Notes under the pieces: model-generated | Seen by the model: only the letters and a program-made list of their open reading frames with translations | Database searches by the model: none | What the model was told of the DNA's origin: nothing | From: Gammaproteobacteria bacterium Ga0074134 | GTDB taxonomy: Bacteria > Pseudomonadota > Gammaproteobacteria > Ga0077554 > Ga007554 | NCBI GenBank assembly: GCA_001464965.1 | Contig: LNEJ01000056.1 | Span: 1,186 to 65,185, forward strand | DNA: 64,000 nucleotides | Direction: 5' to 3' | Made by a program: the position numbers and the translations under genes | Part shown: piece after piece, positions 43,263-52,813 of the stretch | Position numbering within the stretch: the first letter of the stretch is position 1 | Layout of the letters: each line of letters opens with the position of its first letter

Positions 43263-44567
43263 TCATACCTTGATTTTGAAACTGTTGGCATATTTCTTCG
43301 GATCCTTGCCATCCCATACGACACCATCAATCAGCTTGCTGACGCGCATCACATCTTTTGGTACCGGCACCTTGACTTGGGCCGCAGCCTCTTTGTAGAT
43401 GTCGATCTGGTTTACTTTCTTGGCGATGGCCAGATAATCCGGATCGTCCTTGAGCAATTTCCAGCGTTTATGTTGCGTCATAAACCACATACCGTCCGAC
43501 AGATATGGAAAGGTGACTGCACCATCGTTGTAGAATTTCATATAATCCGGGTCCTTCCACTTCCTTCCCAAGCCATTGTCGTAATCACCGAGAAAACGGC
43601 CCTCGATAACCTCCTCCGGCGCATTGACATATGACTTGCTGGAAATGGTCTTGGCGACACCGGGCCGATTGGAAAGGGTATCTATATACTTCGATGCCTC
43701 CAGCACCGCCATCAACATGGCGCGTGTAGTGTTGGGATATTTCTGTGTAAATTCGAGTGTAGTGCCAAGAACTTTTTCAGGATGATCTTTCCAGATATCC
43801 TGAGTAGTTGCTGTGGTGAAACCCACCTTGTCGTAGATGGCCCGCGCGTTCCACGGTTCGCCCACGCAATAGCCATCCATATTTCCGATACGCATATTCG
43901 CTACCATTTGCGGTGGTGGCACGGTGATGGTTTTAACGTCGGTCAGGGGATTAATCCCATAGGCCGCCAGCCAGTAGTAAAGCCACATCGCATGCGTGCC
44001 CGTCGGGAAGGTCTGGGCAAAGGTATATTCACGTTTTTCACCCTCGATCTTATCAATCAGTTTCTTCAAGGATGCGCCATCGACCACACCCTTTGCCTTC
44101 GACTGATTCGATAGGGTAATGGCCTGTCCGTTGTTATTCAGGCACATCAACACAGCCATGTCCTTTTGCTGACCGCCGATACCCATTTGTACGCCGTACA
44201 TCAAGCCGTATAACACATGTGCCGCGTCAAGCTCTCCATTCACAAGCTTATCGCGCACTCCAGCCCAGCTCGCTTCTTTTGAAACAGTCACATCCAGGCC
44301 GTATTTTTTGTAGAGCCCCAGCTCATCAGCCATTACCACGCTGGCGCAATCCGTAAGTGGAATAAAGCCAATCTTGAGTGATTTTTTTTCCGGCGCATCC
44401 GAACCTGCGGCCCATGCACCAGAGCGGATACCGGGCGAGACCATGCTCATCAGGGCAAAGCCGCCCAACACCGCGCCTCCTGTTTTAAGAAAATCGCGGC
44501 GCGACATTCCATCCTTTTTAATTACACAGTTCTTTTTCTTAAATTCAGCATCATCACTCATCTTCAC
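43263..44567 (-). CDS. NrtA/CmpA-family periplasmic substrate-binding protein with a Tat signal
   Basis: SRRDFLKTGGAVLGGFAL twin-arginine leader. A ~400 aa NMT1/NrtA-like domain. Confidence 0.8.
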   Translation of the reverse strand: MKMSDDAEFKKKNCVIKKDGMSRRDFLKTGGAVLGGFALMSMVSPGIRSGAWAAGSDAPEKKSLKIGFIPLTDCASVVMADELGLYKKYGLDVTVSKEASWAGVRDKLVNGELDAAHVLYGLMYGVQMGIGGQQKDMAVLMCLNNNGQAITLSNQSKAKGVVDGASLKKLIDKIEGEKREYTFAQTFPTGTHAMWLYYWLAAYGINPLTDVKTITVPPPQMVANMRIGNMDGYCVGEPWNARAIYDKVGFTTATTQDIWKDHPEKVLGTTLEFTQKYPNTTRAMLMAVLEASKYIDTLSNRPGVAKTISSKSYVNAPEEVIEGRFLGDYDNGLGRKWKDPDYMKFYNDGAVTFPYLSDGMWFMTQHKRWKLLKDDPDYLAIAKKVNQIDIYKEAAAQVKVPVPKDVMRVSKLIDGVVWDGKDPKKYANSFKIKV

Positions 44568-44589
44568 TCACTCCCATTTTCGAATGCAC

Positions 44590-44638
44590 AAAAAAAGCGC
44601 CCATTCGCACAGGAACATTTCCTGTACAAATGGACGCC
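44590..44638 (-). terminator. Intrinsic terminator or attenuator hairpin between nasT and nrtA
   Basis: The minus-strand RNA is GCGUCCAUUUG-UA-CAGGA-AAUGU-UCCUG-UG-CGAAUGGGCGC-UUUUUUU: an 11-bp outer stem enclosing an inner hairpin, followed by seven U. It lies ~50 nt before the nrtA start. Confidence 0.5.
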
Positions 44639-44720
44639 GTTGTCCGCATGGCAAACCGCCGTTGGCTTGCCTGTGTTTGTGATGTCAACCCGCCATTGGG
44701 TAACTACACGTTAAAAAGTG

Positions 44721-45293
44721 TTATGCCAGAATATCCGCAGCCGTATTAATGCTGTTGGCCACGTCAATCAAGCGCATGTTACGATCCATCGCCATCTTGC
44801 GCAGCAAGTGAAAGGCCTCGTCTTCCGTGCATTTACGCTGCTTCATTACCACTCCCTTGGCGCGCTCTATATGCTTGCGTTCCGCCAGGGTTGAAGTAGT
44901 CCTTTCCAGCTCGCGCTTGAGCGCTTGAGACTCGTCAAACCTTGCCATCGCAACATCAATTATAGGCTTGACACGTTCGATACTGAGTCCGCCCACCACA
45001 TAGGCAGTTACGCCCGCCTTCACGGCGGCACGGATTTTTTCACTATCGCCATCATGGGTAAACATCACTATAGGGCGAGGCTGATCACGACTGATTACAC
45101 ATATATGCTCTAAAGTATCCCGGTCCGGTGATTCCATATCGATAATAATCACATCGGGTTGTAATTCGCGGACACGCACATACAGGTTATCACCGGGATC
45201 AACTTGAGCGGCAACACTATGCCCTGCCTCCTTGAATGCCTGAAGAAGCAAAGCGTTTCGCTGCTGATCCTCGTCTACGAGCATGATGCGCAT
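44721..45293 (-). CDS. nasT: ANTAR-domain response regulator (NasT/AmiR family)
   Basis: Receiver domain (MRIMLVDED.., D-box). The C-terminal ANTAR helix reads ..ERKHIERAKGVVMKQRKCTEDEAFHLLRKMAMDRNMRL... Confidence 0.8.
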   Translation of the reverse strand: MRIMLVDEDQQRNALLLQAFKEAGHSVAAQVDPGDNLYVRVRELQPDVIIIDMESPDRDTLEHICVISRDQPRPIVMFTHDGDSEKIRAAVKAGVTAYVVGGLSIERVKPIIDVAMARFDESQALKRELERTTSTLAERKHIERAKGVVMKQRKCTEDEAFHLLRKMAMDRNMRLIDVANSINTAADILA

Positions 45294-45520
45294 CTTGATG
45301 CATGTCCCGCATTAATCTGTGATATTCAATTGAATCTAACCAGAGCATGAGCAATCAATATGCCAACGTTATATATTTAAATTAATTACAATTAAATCAA
45401 TATATTGAAAACAATCTTCCAGACCATCCCTCACCGTGGAGTTTTGGCATGCACTTTTTTGGTGAGAACTCCATTGCTGATGAGCGCCCATGGTGCATAC
45501 CCATCACAGACACTGCAAAC

Positions 45521-46486
45521 TCATTTGCGCAATTGCAACAATACCGCCTCCGCCTTGGCGCCGAGAAAAACATACAACCCCAGCCCCACCAGCAAACCCA
45601 CCGCCGCCAGCATCATCCATACCGCCTGCACCAGATCATGACCATCGCCTAGCGCGGATTTGAACATCAGCAATAACGACTCAATCGATACCGCAATCAG
45701 AATCGCCGCCATAAAACGCGTAATGGTGCGGCGCGTTGAACTGTGGCGGAAGATGTCCTTGTGCATCAACACTTCCTCTTCAAGCGTGGTCTTTCCGAGA
45801 TCAAACACCGCCAATGCGAGGGTAATAAAAACGATCACGCTGAAGGGTTTTAATTGCAGCTCGTGCGTATTATGTTCGGTATAAAGCAGCGATACCACTT
45901 CACTAAACGCGGAATGAAGCAGCGCTGCAACCACGGCAAACAATCCGGTCACAATCAGAATATAAATCAATTTGAAATAGGGCTGAAAACGCCGCCGTCC
46001 GGTATCTCCCATAAGAAACTCGACCGTTTCTCCAAGATCGATATCAAGCACAATATAACCCTTGACCTGCTGCTTTTCGTCAAATAGCTTCATTGCAGTG
46101 GAGATGCACAGCTTTCTGCTTGCGCTGGACAGATAGGGCTCTGTCACCACAACGGATTTACCTTCCTGCGCCAGCAGATAATAGGGCCGCTGACTGCGAT
46201 CCTTTCCTTTGCCGTCACTGGCCGCCATGATTTTTCCGTGCGTATTGATATTGTCACTGGCTTGAATACCGCTGGCGTCCAATGCATATAGGAGATCCAC
46301 GAAGGGATAGTGCTGAACCAGGCACTGTATCGACTTTTTTTGAGTATCCGCATCATACAGGAGCCGTTCATCGGCCATGCCGGTGATAATCGAGGCCAGC
46401 AATTCCTGTATTGCGGCACGGTATTCATGATAACGTTCGATAATACTGATATAACTCATGGTGCTCATGGACTTCCTCTTCACCAA
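45521..46486 (-). CDS. Hypothetical membrane protein: an N-terminal ~170-aa soluble sensor-like (PAS/Cache-like) domain plus a C-terminal four-TM domain with weak PsiE-like character
   Basis: Four clear hydrophobic helices in the last 150 aa. AT-richer than neighbours. Lies upstream of the nasT promoter region. The family assignment is tentative. Confidence 0.4.
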   Translation of the reverse strand: MVKRKSMSTMSYISIIERYHEYRAAIQELLASIITGMADERLLYDADTQKKSIQCLVQHYPFVDLLYALDASGIQASDNINTHGKIMAASDGKGKDRSQRPYYLLAQEGKSVVVTEPYLSSASRKLCISTAMKLFDEKQQVKGYIVLDIDLGETVEFLMGDTGRRRFQPYFKLIYILIVTGLFAVVAALLHSAFSEVVSLLYTEHNTHELQLKPFSVIVFITLALAVFDLGKTTLEEEVLMHKDIFRHSSTRRTITRFMAAILIAVSIESLLLMFKSALGDGHDLVQAVWMMLAAVGLLVGLGLYVFLGAKAEAVLLQLRK

Positions 46487-46709
46487 GGACGCACTACGGT
46501 CCTGTCACCTTGCATGAAGCATTTATTACGCCAACAATAATTTTATTGCCATACAATACGTTGCATAAAACAATACGCCGCCATCAGATAACTTCGCACT
46601 CTTCTGGAACAACCCATCCACGCTAAGGTGACAAGATCGGGCAAAGGCGGGAGAATATGACTAGCGTGGCCCAATCCATGTGCCAAGGTTAAACACCAGA
46701 GAAAACCGC

Positions 46710-47240
46710 ATGAAAAAAGACCAGAAGCAAGACACAATCATCCCCATCAATATCGCTGTGCTAACGGTATCCGACACCCGCACTGAAGAGACGGACACCT
46801 CCGGCAGGCTTCTGGCTGAAGGCCTGACCACGGCAGGACACACTCTTGCTGAGAAAGTGATCGTTTTAGATGATATCTATAAAATCCGCGCCATTCTGTC
46901 GGGCTGGATTGCGCAGAGCAGTGTCAACGCGGTGTTCATCACTGGCGGTACCGGTGTCACTTGGCGCGATATCACACCCGAGGCCGTGCGCCCGTTGCTG
47001 GACAAGGAGATTGATGGGTTCGGCGAGCTGTTCCGTTCCATCTCTTACCAGGACATCAAGACCTCAACATTGCAATCACGCGCGTTCGCCGGTATCGCCA
47101 ATGGCACATTGATTTTCGCCATGCCCGGCTCGACCAACGCCTGCCGCACCGCATGGGATCATATCCTCCAGCACCAGTTGGACAGCCGTCATCGTCCATG
47201 CAATTTTATTGAGCTTCTTCCACGCCTGAAAAAAGATTGA
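46710..47240 (+). CDS. moaB: Molybdenum cofactor biosynthesis protein B
   Basis: Collinear with E. coli MoaB (..IAVLTVSDTR..TSG..L., ITGGTG, FAMPGSTNACRTAW). Confidence 0.8.
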   Translation: MKKDQKQDTIIPINIAVLTVSDTRTEETDTSGRLLAEGLTTAGHTLAEKVIVLDDIYKIRAILSGWIAQSSVNAVFITGGTGVTWRDITPEAVRPLLDKEIDGFGELFRSISYQDIKTSTLQSRAFAGIANGTLIFAMPGSTNACRTAWDHILQHQLDSRHRPCNFIELLPRLKKD

Positions 47241-47284
47241 TCGCCACGCCCATGACTGACCCTTGCTTCACTGAAAAAGAATTG

Positions 47285-48490
47285 ATGAGTGTCGATGACG
47301 CCTTGGTATTGCTCTTGACCAAAGCACAGCCAGTCGATGAGATTGAATACGCCGATATATCAAACACTCTAGGACGGATTCTGGCGCAACCCCAAACATC
47401 GACCCTCAATGTACCCACCGCTGACAACAGTGCAATGGACGGCTACGCCTTCACTTACAGCGATATCAGTGCGCAGGGCGAGGCGCGGCTGCGCGTCTCG
47501 CAACGCATCCCCGCGGGACAGCCCGGCCACCCTTTATTGCCCGGAACCGCGGCGCGGATTTTCACCGGCGCACCCTTGCCGGCCGGCGCCGATACCGTGG
47601 TAATGCAGGAGCACTGCCAGGTCGAAGAAGATAGGGTTATCATCCAGCACCCGATAAAAAGCGGCCAGAACGTGCGGCACGCAGGGGAGGATATTGCCGC
47701 TGGCACTATCATACTCACGGCCGGGACAAAGCTGCGTCCGCAAGACATGGGACTCGCCGCATCGGTGGGCTTGGCGCAACTGCCCGTCTATCGTACCCTG
47801 CGCGTGGCGATATTCTGCACCGGCGATGAACTTGTCGTACCCGGCAATCCGCTTACACCGGGCAAGATCTACAATGCCAATCGCTATACTCTCACAGGCC
47901 TGCTGCATACGCTTGGCTGCGAGATCATCGACCTGGGGATTGTGCCAGATAATCTGGCGGCAACCCGCACTGTCCTTGCTGCGGCGGCACGGCAAGCGGA
48001 TGTTGTCATCACCAGCGGCGGTGTATCCGTAGGAGAAGAAGACCATGTCAAGGCCGCCGTCGATGGCTTGGGGCACATTGACTTGTGGCGCATCGCCATG
48101 AAGCCTGGCAAGCCGCTCGCCTTCGGCGCCATTGGATCGACGCCGTTTTTCGGCCTGCCTGGCAACCCCGTCTCGGTGTTTGCGACCTTCTGCCTGTTCG
48201 CGCGCCCGTTTATTCTGCGCCGCCAGGGAATGATTAACGTGCTTCCGCAAACCGTACATGTAGAAGCAGATTTCGATTGGCCAAAAGCAGGCCACCGCCG
48301 CGAATACCTGCGTGCCCGGTTGGCCACTGCGGATGACGGAAAAACCCGCGCCGTCATTTTTCCGAACCAAAGCTCCGCTGCGCTGTTTTCAGTCAGTTGG
48401 GCGCAAGGCATGGTTATCATCCCCGAAGGGCATACTGTGCAACGCGGCCAAATGGTCAGATTTATTCCCTTCACGGAATTGTTTGCATAA
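47285..48490 (+). CDS. moeA: Molybdopterin molybdotransferase
   Basis: MoeA N-terminal and C-terminal domains plus the MoCF_biosynth core (..VVITSGGVSVGEEDH..). The start is taken at MSVDDAL. Confidence 0.85.
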   Translation: MSVDDALVLLLTKAQPVDEIEYADISNTLGRILAQPQTSTLNVPTADNSAMDGYAFTYSDISAQGEARLRVSQRIPAGQPGHPLLPGTAARIFTGAPLPAGADTVVMQEHCQVEEDRVIIQHPIKSGQNVRHAGEDIAAGTIILTAGTKLRPQDMGLAASVGLAQLPVYRTLRVAIFCTGDELVVPGNPLTPGKIYNANRYTLTGLLHTLGCEIIDLGIVPDNLAATRTVLAAAARQADVVITSGGVSVGEEDHVKAAVDGLGHIDLWRIAMKPGKPLAFGAIGSTPFFGLPGNPVSVFATFCLFARPFILRRQGMINVLPQTVHVEADFDWPKAGHRREYLRARLATADDGKTRAVIFPNQSSAALFSVSWAQGMVIIPEGHTVQRGQMVRFIPFTELFA

Positions 48491-48515
48491 TTCCATTTCG
48501 CGATACGAAGTGAAA

Positions 48516-48568
48516 TGTAGGGTGCGTTCCACGCACCAATGGTAATGGTGCGTGGAACGCACCCTACA
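48516..48568. repeat. Palindromic REP-like hairpin element (copy 2 of 2)
   Basis: tgtagggtgcgttccacgcaccaatggtaatggtgcgtggaacgcaccctaca is a perfect 22-bp stem. It sits between moeA and mobA. Confidence 0.5.
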
Positions 48569-48614
48569 AATATAAACATCCCCTCAGCGGGGAAGGGCTA
48601 ATGTGAGAAGGAAA

Positions 48615-49211
48615 ATGACTGCACTAGCACGCAGCAACATCACCGGCGTCATTCTCGCTGGAGGACTGGCCCGCCGCATGGGTGGCGTTGATAAAGGATT
48701 GATTGACTTACGCGGTCAACCGCTTGTTGCCCATGTCATTGCTGCCCTTGAACCGCAAGTAGAAAATATAATTATCAGCGCTAACCGCGACCTTGATCGT
48801 TATACTGAATTTGGTTATCCGGTGGTTACCGATACCCTACCAGATCACCCCGGCCCGCTCGCAGGCATTCTCAGCTCGATGCTTGCTGCAACCACCGAAT
48901 ACATCCTCACCGTTCCTTGTGACACCCCTCTCCTGCCGCCAGACCTGGTGTTGCGCCTGTCATCCACGCTCACGAGCGAACTTGCCGATGCGTGTGCCGC
49001 ACATGATGGCATGCGCATCCAACCCCTGTTCACCCTGCTGCGCCGCGAACTCGCCGCAAGTATTCTTGATTATCTCAACAATGGAGATAACAAAGTCGAA
49101 CTCTGGCTGCGACGCCAGAAGCTCACGCTTACCGATTTCTCTGGCCAACAGGCTGCGTTTTACAATATCAATACCCGCGAAGAACTGATGGCTATTGAGA
49201 GTGAGGTGTGA
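48615..49211 (+). CDS. mobA: Molybdenum cofactor guanylyltransferase
   Basis: ILAGG..RMGG.DKGL nucleotide-binding motif and PCDTP. Confidence 0.8.
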   Translation: MTALARSNITGVILAGGLARRMGGVDKGLIDLRGQPLVAHVIAALEPQVENIIISANRDLDRYTEFGYPVVTDTLPDHPGPLAGILSSMLAATTEYILTVPCDTPLLPPDLVLRLSSTLTSELADACAAHDGMRIQPLFTLLRRELAASILDYLNNGDNKVELWLRRQKLTLTDFSGQQAAFYNINTREELMAIESEV

Positions 49212-49307
49212 CGATAGATGGTTACCCTGCGATAAAAAAATGGATGGAGAATATCAAAAGCTTGCCAGGATATGTTGGCATGGTGGGTATTGACTAGCAG
49301 AATCACA

Positions 49308-49856
49308 TCAATCGTCTGCCAATATATTGGTCGGCAGCCCATCGATGCTTGTTTGATTTCTATCCCACCAGTAGTCTCGTATACCTTGCTCGCCCTTTTT
49401 TTCTGCCCAACGCGATAGTGTCTCGCGCTCACCCTCGTATTTATACAATGGCACGGCATAACCGCATGAAGTCTGAACGGAGCTTATTTTCATGACTATC
49501 AATTGCCGCTCACCGGGCAGGGACCCAAACAGCGGATGCAAGGTTTCCCATTCTTTGCCCCGATGCCTGACAATACGACCATGACCGTACAGCCTGAGTA
49601 TCTGTGGAGTTTCGGAGAAACTGCAAAACATGATCGTCATCCGTCCATTTTCCAGCACATGCGCGGCCGTTTCATTACCGCTGCCGGTGAGGTCAAGATA
49701 AGCCACTGTGCGATCATCAAGACAGCGGAAGCTATCCATGCCTTTTGGAGAGACATTTATCCTGCCATTATTTGGGGCAGTGCCTGTAAAAAATATGTGC
49801 TGCTTACCTATAAAATCCCGAAGGCTGTCATTTAACGCATCATAGAATTTCGCCAT
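49308..49856 (-). CDS. Pyridoxamine-5'-phosphate-oxidase-like FMN-binding split-barrel protein
   Basis: 182 aa. The pattern ..GRINVSPKG...R.VAYLDLTGSGNETAAH..NGRMTIMF is typical of the PNPOx-like family. Confidence 0.55.
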   Translation of the reverse strand: MAKFYDALNDSLRDFIGKQHIFFTGTAPNNGRINVSPKGMDSFRCLDDRTVAYLDLTGSGNETAAHVLENGRMTIMFCSFSETPQILRLYGHGRIVRHRGKEWETLHPLFGSLPGERQLIVMKISSVQTSCGYAVPLYKYEGERETLSRWAEKKGEQGIRDYWWDRNQTSIDGLPTNILADD

Positions 49857-49867
49857 TTCAAGCTCCC

Positions 49868-52279
49868 TTATGTTTGCACTCTTTTCGACTCAGCGGCAGC
49901 GATAACCAGCGCGGTTTTAATCGCTGTATCGGGGTTGAGTGAGATCGAATCGATTCCCGCTTCGACAAGCCAGGCGGCAAACTCCGGGTAATCGGAAGGC
50001 GCCTGCCCGCAAATCCCGATTGGCTTTCCGACGCGCTTGGCAGCGTCAATTGCCATAGCGATCATCTTGCGCACTGCATCATTGCGTTCGTCAAAAAGAT
50101 GGGCGATTGTTCCCGAATCGCGGTCAATTCCGAGCACCAGTTGCGTCAAATCATTCGAACCGATGGAATAGCCGTCGAAGATGCGCAGAAACTCATCTGC
50201 CAACATGACATTCGCCGGTAGTTCACACATGCCATAGACCTCCAAGCCCTGCTCGCCTTGCCGCAGGCCGTTGGCCGCCATAACATCAATTACACGCGCC
50301 GCTTCCTGAACCGTGCGGCAGAATGGGATCATCACCTTGACATTGGTCAGCCCCATATCGCGCCGCACGCGTAGCAGCGCGGCACATTCGAGGGCAAAGC
50401 CATCGGCGTAGCGCGGATCGTAATAACGCGATGCGCCACGAAAGCCGAGCATCGGATTCTCCTCATCCGGCTCAAACTCGCGCCCGCCCATAAGCTGCGC
50501 GTACTCATTGGTTTTGAAATCACTGGTGCGGACGATAACGGGCTTGGGATAAAAGGCAGCGGCGATGCGCCCCACGCCCTCGCTGAAACGCCGTATAAAA
50601 AATTCGCGCGGGCTTTCATCTCCGATGCGCGCAGCGATCTTCCGAATCGTCTGAGAATCGCCAAGCTGCGGATAGCGCGCCAACGCCATCGGATGGATAC
50701 CGATATGATTGGTGATGATAAACTCGGTGCGGGCAAGACCGACACCTGAATTAGGAATAGCGCTCAACCCCAGGGCTTGGCTGGGGTCACCAACCGTGAG
50801 CATCACCGAGGTGCGCGTCTTGGCGGCAGCCGTCGCCTCGACCCGTTTCACTTCGAACGGAATGCGACCAGCATAGACGTGGCCTTCAGCCCCTTCAGCA
50901 CATGAAACCGTAACGTCACTATCGTCCAGCAGGGTACGGGTCGCATTTCCAGTGCCCACGATGCAGGGCAGGCCGAATTCGCGCGAGACTATCGCAGCGT
51001 GGGCTGTACGCCCGCCCTGATCTGTAACAATCGCCGCAACCTTACGCATCACCGGCTCCCAATCCGGATCAGTACTTTCCGCAACGAGAATCTCTCCCTG
51101 CTGGACACTGGAAAGCCCCGAAATATCCTGCACTACGCGCACGCGGCCTACGGCCACTTTTTCACCAACAGCTTGGCCTGTCACTAACGGCGCGCCAGGT
51201 TTGCCAATCAGGTGGTAATACTCGGCTGTAGCCGCGCGCGACTTGCTTGAGTGAACCGTCTCCGGACGTGCCTGCACGACAAAAAGTTCACCTGTCACAC
51301 CATCCTTGGCCCACTCAATATCCATGGGTTGCGGCTGCCCCTTGAGGCTTGAATAATGTTCTTCGATCACACAGGCCCAGCGCGCCAGGGTTAACACATC
51401 GTCATCGGTGAGAGAAAAACGGCGGCGTTCTTCGGCGGGCACCGTCTCGCCACGAGTAGCGCGGCCGCTGTCGGCATACACCAACCGCCTTTCTTTCGAG
51501 CCGAGACGCCGCCCGATGATAGGGCGCAATCCCTGTGCCAGGGTCGGCTTGAATACCACCCATTCATCGGGCGTTACTGTGCCTTGCACCACAAACTCGC
51601 CTAACCCATAGGCACTGGTCACAACCACAACATCACGAAAACCCGTTTCAGTATCAATTGTGAAAATCACGCCGGAACTTGCCTTATCGGAACGCACCAT
51701 CGGCATGACACCGACAGAAAGCGCCACTTTGAGCTGGTCGTATCCCATCCGCGCACGATAGCTGATTGCGCGATCCGTAAACAGGGAAGCAAAGCATGAA
51801 TGCACCGCATACAGCAATCCCTCGCGCCCGCGCACATTGAGAAAGGTTTCTGCCGCGCCGGCGAACGAGGCCTCGGGCAAATCCTCCGCCGTTGCCGATG
51901 AGCGCACCGCCAGTTCCGGCTTCCGTCCCAGGCGCTGACTAAGCTGCTCGTAAGCCGCGATAACCGTACTGCACAGCGCTTCGGGCAATGGCGTCTCCAT
52001 CACAGCCGCACGCGCCTGGCTACCGCGCACCGCCAGCTCGTTTACATCTTCGGGGTCAAAGCTGGAGAAAATCTCACGCAGCCTATTTTTTAGATTTCTT
52101 TCTGAAAGCAATAACCAGTAGGCGCTGGCCGTTGTCGCAAACCCATCCAGAACGCCCACGCCCTGTGGCTTGAGTTCGTTGAACATCTGCCCAAGTGATG
52201 CGTTTTTGCCGCCGACACGCGCGACATCGTTCATATTGATTTGAGAAAAATCGAGCGTGTAAGGCGGTACAGCGTTCAT
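49868..52279 (-). CDS. ppsA: Phosphoenolpyruvate synthase
   Basis: Collinear with E. coli PpsA from MNDVARVGGKNASLG through the phosphohistidine and PEP-utilising domains. The start is taken at the second ATG after GGAGGAG. Confidence 0.9.
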   Translation of the reverse strand: MNAVPPYTLDFSQINMNDVARVGGKNASLGQMFNELKPQGVGVLDGFATTASAYWLLLSERNLKNRLREIFSSFDPEDVNELAVRGSQARAAVMETPLPEALCSTVIAAYEQLSQRLGRKPELAVRSSATAEDLPEASFAGAAETFLNVRGREGLLYAVHSCFASLFTDRAISYRARMGYDQLKVALSVGVMPMVRSDKASSGVIFTIDTETGFRDVVVVTSAYGLGEFVVQGTVTPDEWVVFKPTLAQGLRPIIGRRLGSKERRLVYADSGRATRGETVPAEERRRFSLTDDDVLTLARWACVIEEHYSSLKGQPQPMDIEWAKDGVTGELFVVQARPETVHSSKSRAATAEYYHLIGKPGAPLVTGQAVGEKVAVGRVRVVQDISGLSSVQQGEILVAESTDPDWEPVMRKVAAIVTDQGGRTAHAAIVSREFGLPCIVGTGNATRTLLDDSDVTVSCAEGAEGHVYAGRIPFEVKRVEATAAAKTRTSVMLTVGDPSQALGLSAIPNSGVGLARTEFIITNHIGIHPMALARYPQLGDSQTIRKIAARIGDESPREFFIRRFSEGVGRIAAAFYPKPVIVRTSDFKTNEYAQLMGGREFEPDEENPMLGFRGASRYYDPRYADGFALECAALLRVRRDMGLTNVKVMIPFCRTVQEAARVIDVMAANGLRQGEQGLEVYGMCELPANVMLADEFLRIFDGYSIGSNDLTQLVLGIDRDSGTIAHLFDERNDAVRKMIAMAIDAAKRVGKPIGICGQAPSDYPEFAAWLVEAGIDSISLNPDTAIKTALVIAAAESKRVQT

Positions 52280-52362
52280 AGCCATCTCCTCCGGAATTCT
52301 CTCAAGAAACTCAAGAGCACATTTTAAGGATATCACCCGCGTTGATTAACTGGGGGGCAGGC

Positions 52363-52644
52363 TTATAGCACCCCATGCTCCAGAGCTTGCAAGTAAATAA
52401 AGTCTGGGGCTTTTACGCCCGCCTTCTTTCTGATTTCCACCAGCTCCGGCGATTCAAAAAATCTTCTGGCTCTTTCCAGCGAGGACCATTGCGAAAAGTG
52501 GACGATATTATTTGCGTCATTATCGTATCTCAACAGCTGATAGCTGATCTCTCCCGCCTCTTTTCTCATGGCTGCGGCCTGATCGAAAAGGTGCTTCCAT
52601 GCTTGATAATTTTCGACCTCATGAATAATTAGGACGTATTGCAC
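52363..52644 (-). CDS. Small ABM/Dabb-like (ferredoxin-fold) protein, tentative
   Basis: 93 aa with the pattern ..H...W.S.E....F..SPE.. reminiscent of antibiotic-biosynthesis-monooxygenase-like barrels. No stronger assignment is possible. Confidence 0.35.
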   Translation of the reverse strand: MQYVLIIHEVENYQAWKHLFDQAAAMRKEAGEISYQLLRYDNDANNIVHFSQWSSLERARRFFESPELVEIRKKAGVKAPDFIYLQALEHGVL

Positions 52645-52677
52645 ATAATCTCCTGTTCTTGATCAAACTGGCGCGGC

Positions 52678-52813
52678 CAAATGTAGAGAGGGTTAGCGTT
52701 TTTTTGCGTAACCCACCAAACGTTGCGTAGCAACACAACACATTTTTTAATGAGTGCCTTGCGGCACATCCGGTGGGTCACGGCACAAACTGCGTGCCTA
52801 ACCCACCCTACAT
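52678..52813. repeat. Inverted-repeat intergenic element related to both the MITE-like family and the REP hairpin
   Basis: The ends aaatgtagagagggttagcg ... cctaacccaccctacattt are inverted. The core shares ggttagcgt...aacccacc with the 15379 and 57988 copies. Confidence 0.35.

Noticed and set aside
47534-48579. 278-aa and 231-aa minus-strand ORFs
   Set aside because: They are antisense to moeA, which has clear full-length homology. They have no ribosome-binding site and a low-complexity composition.
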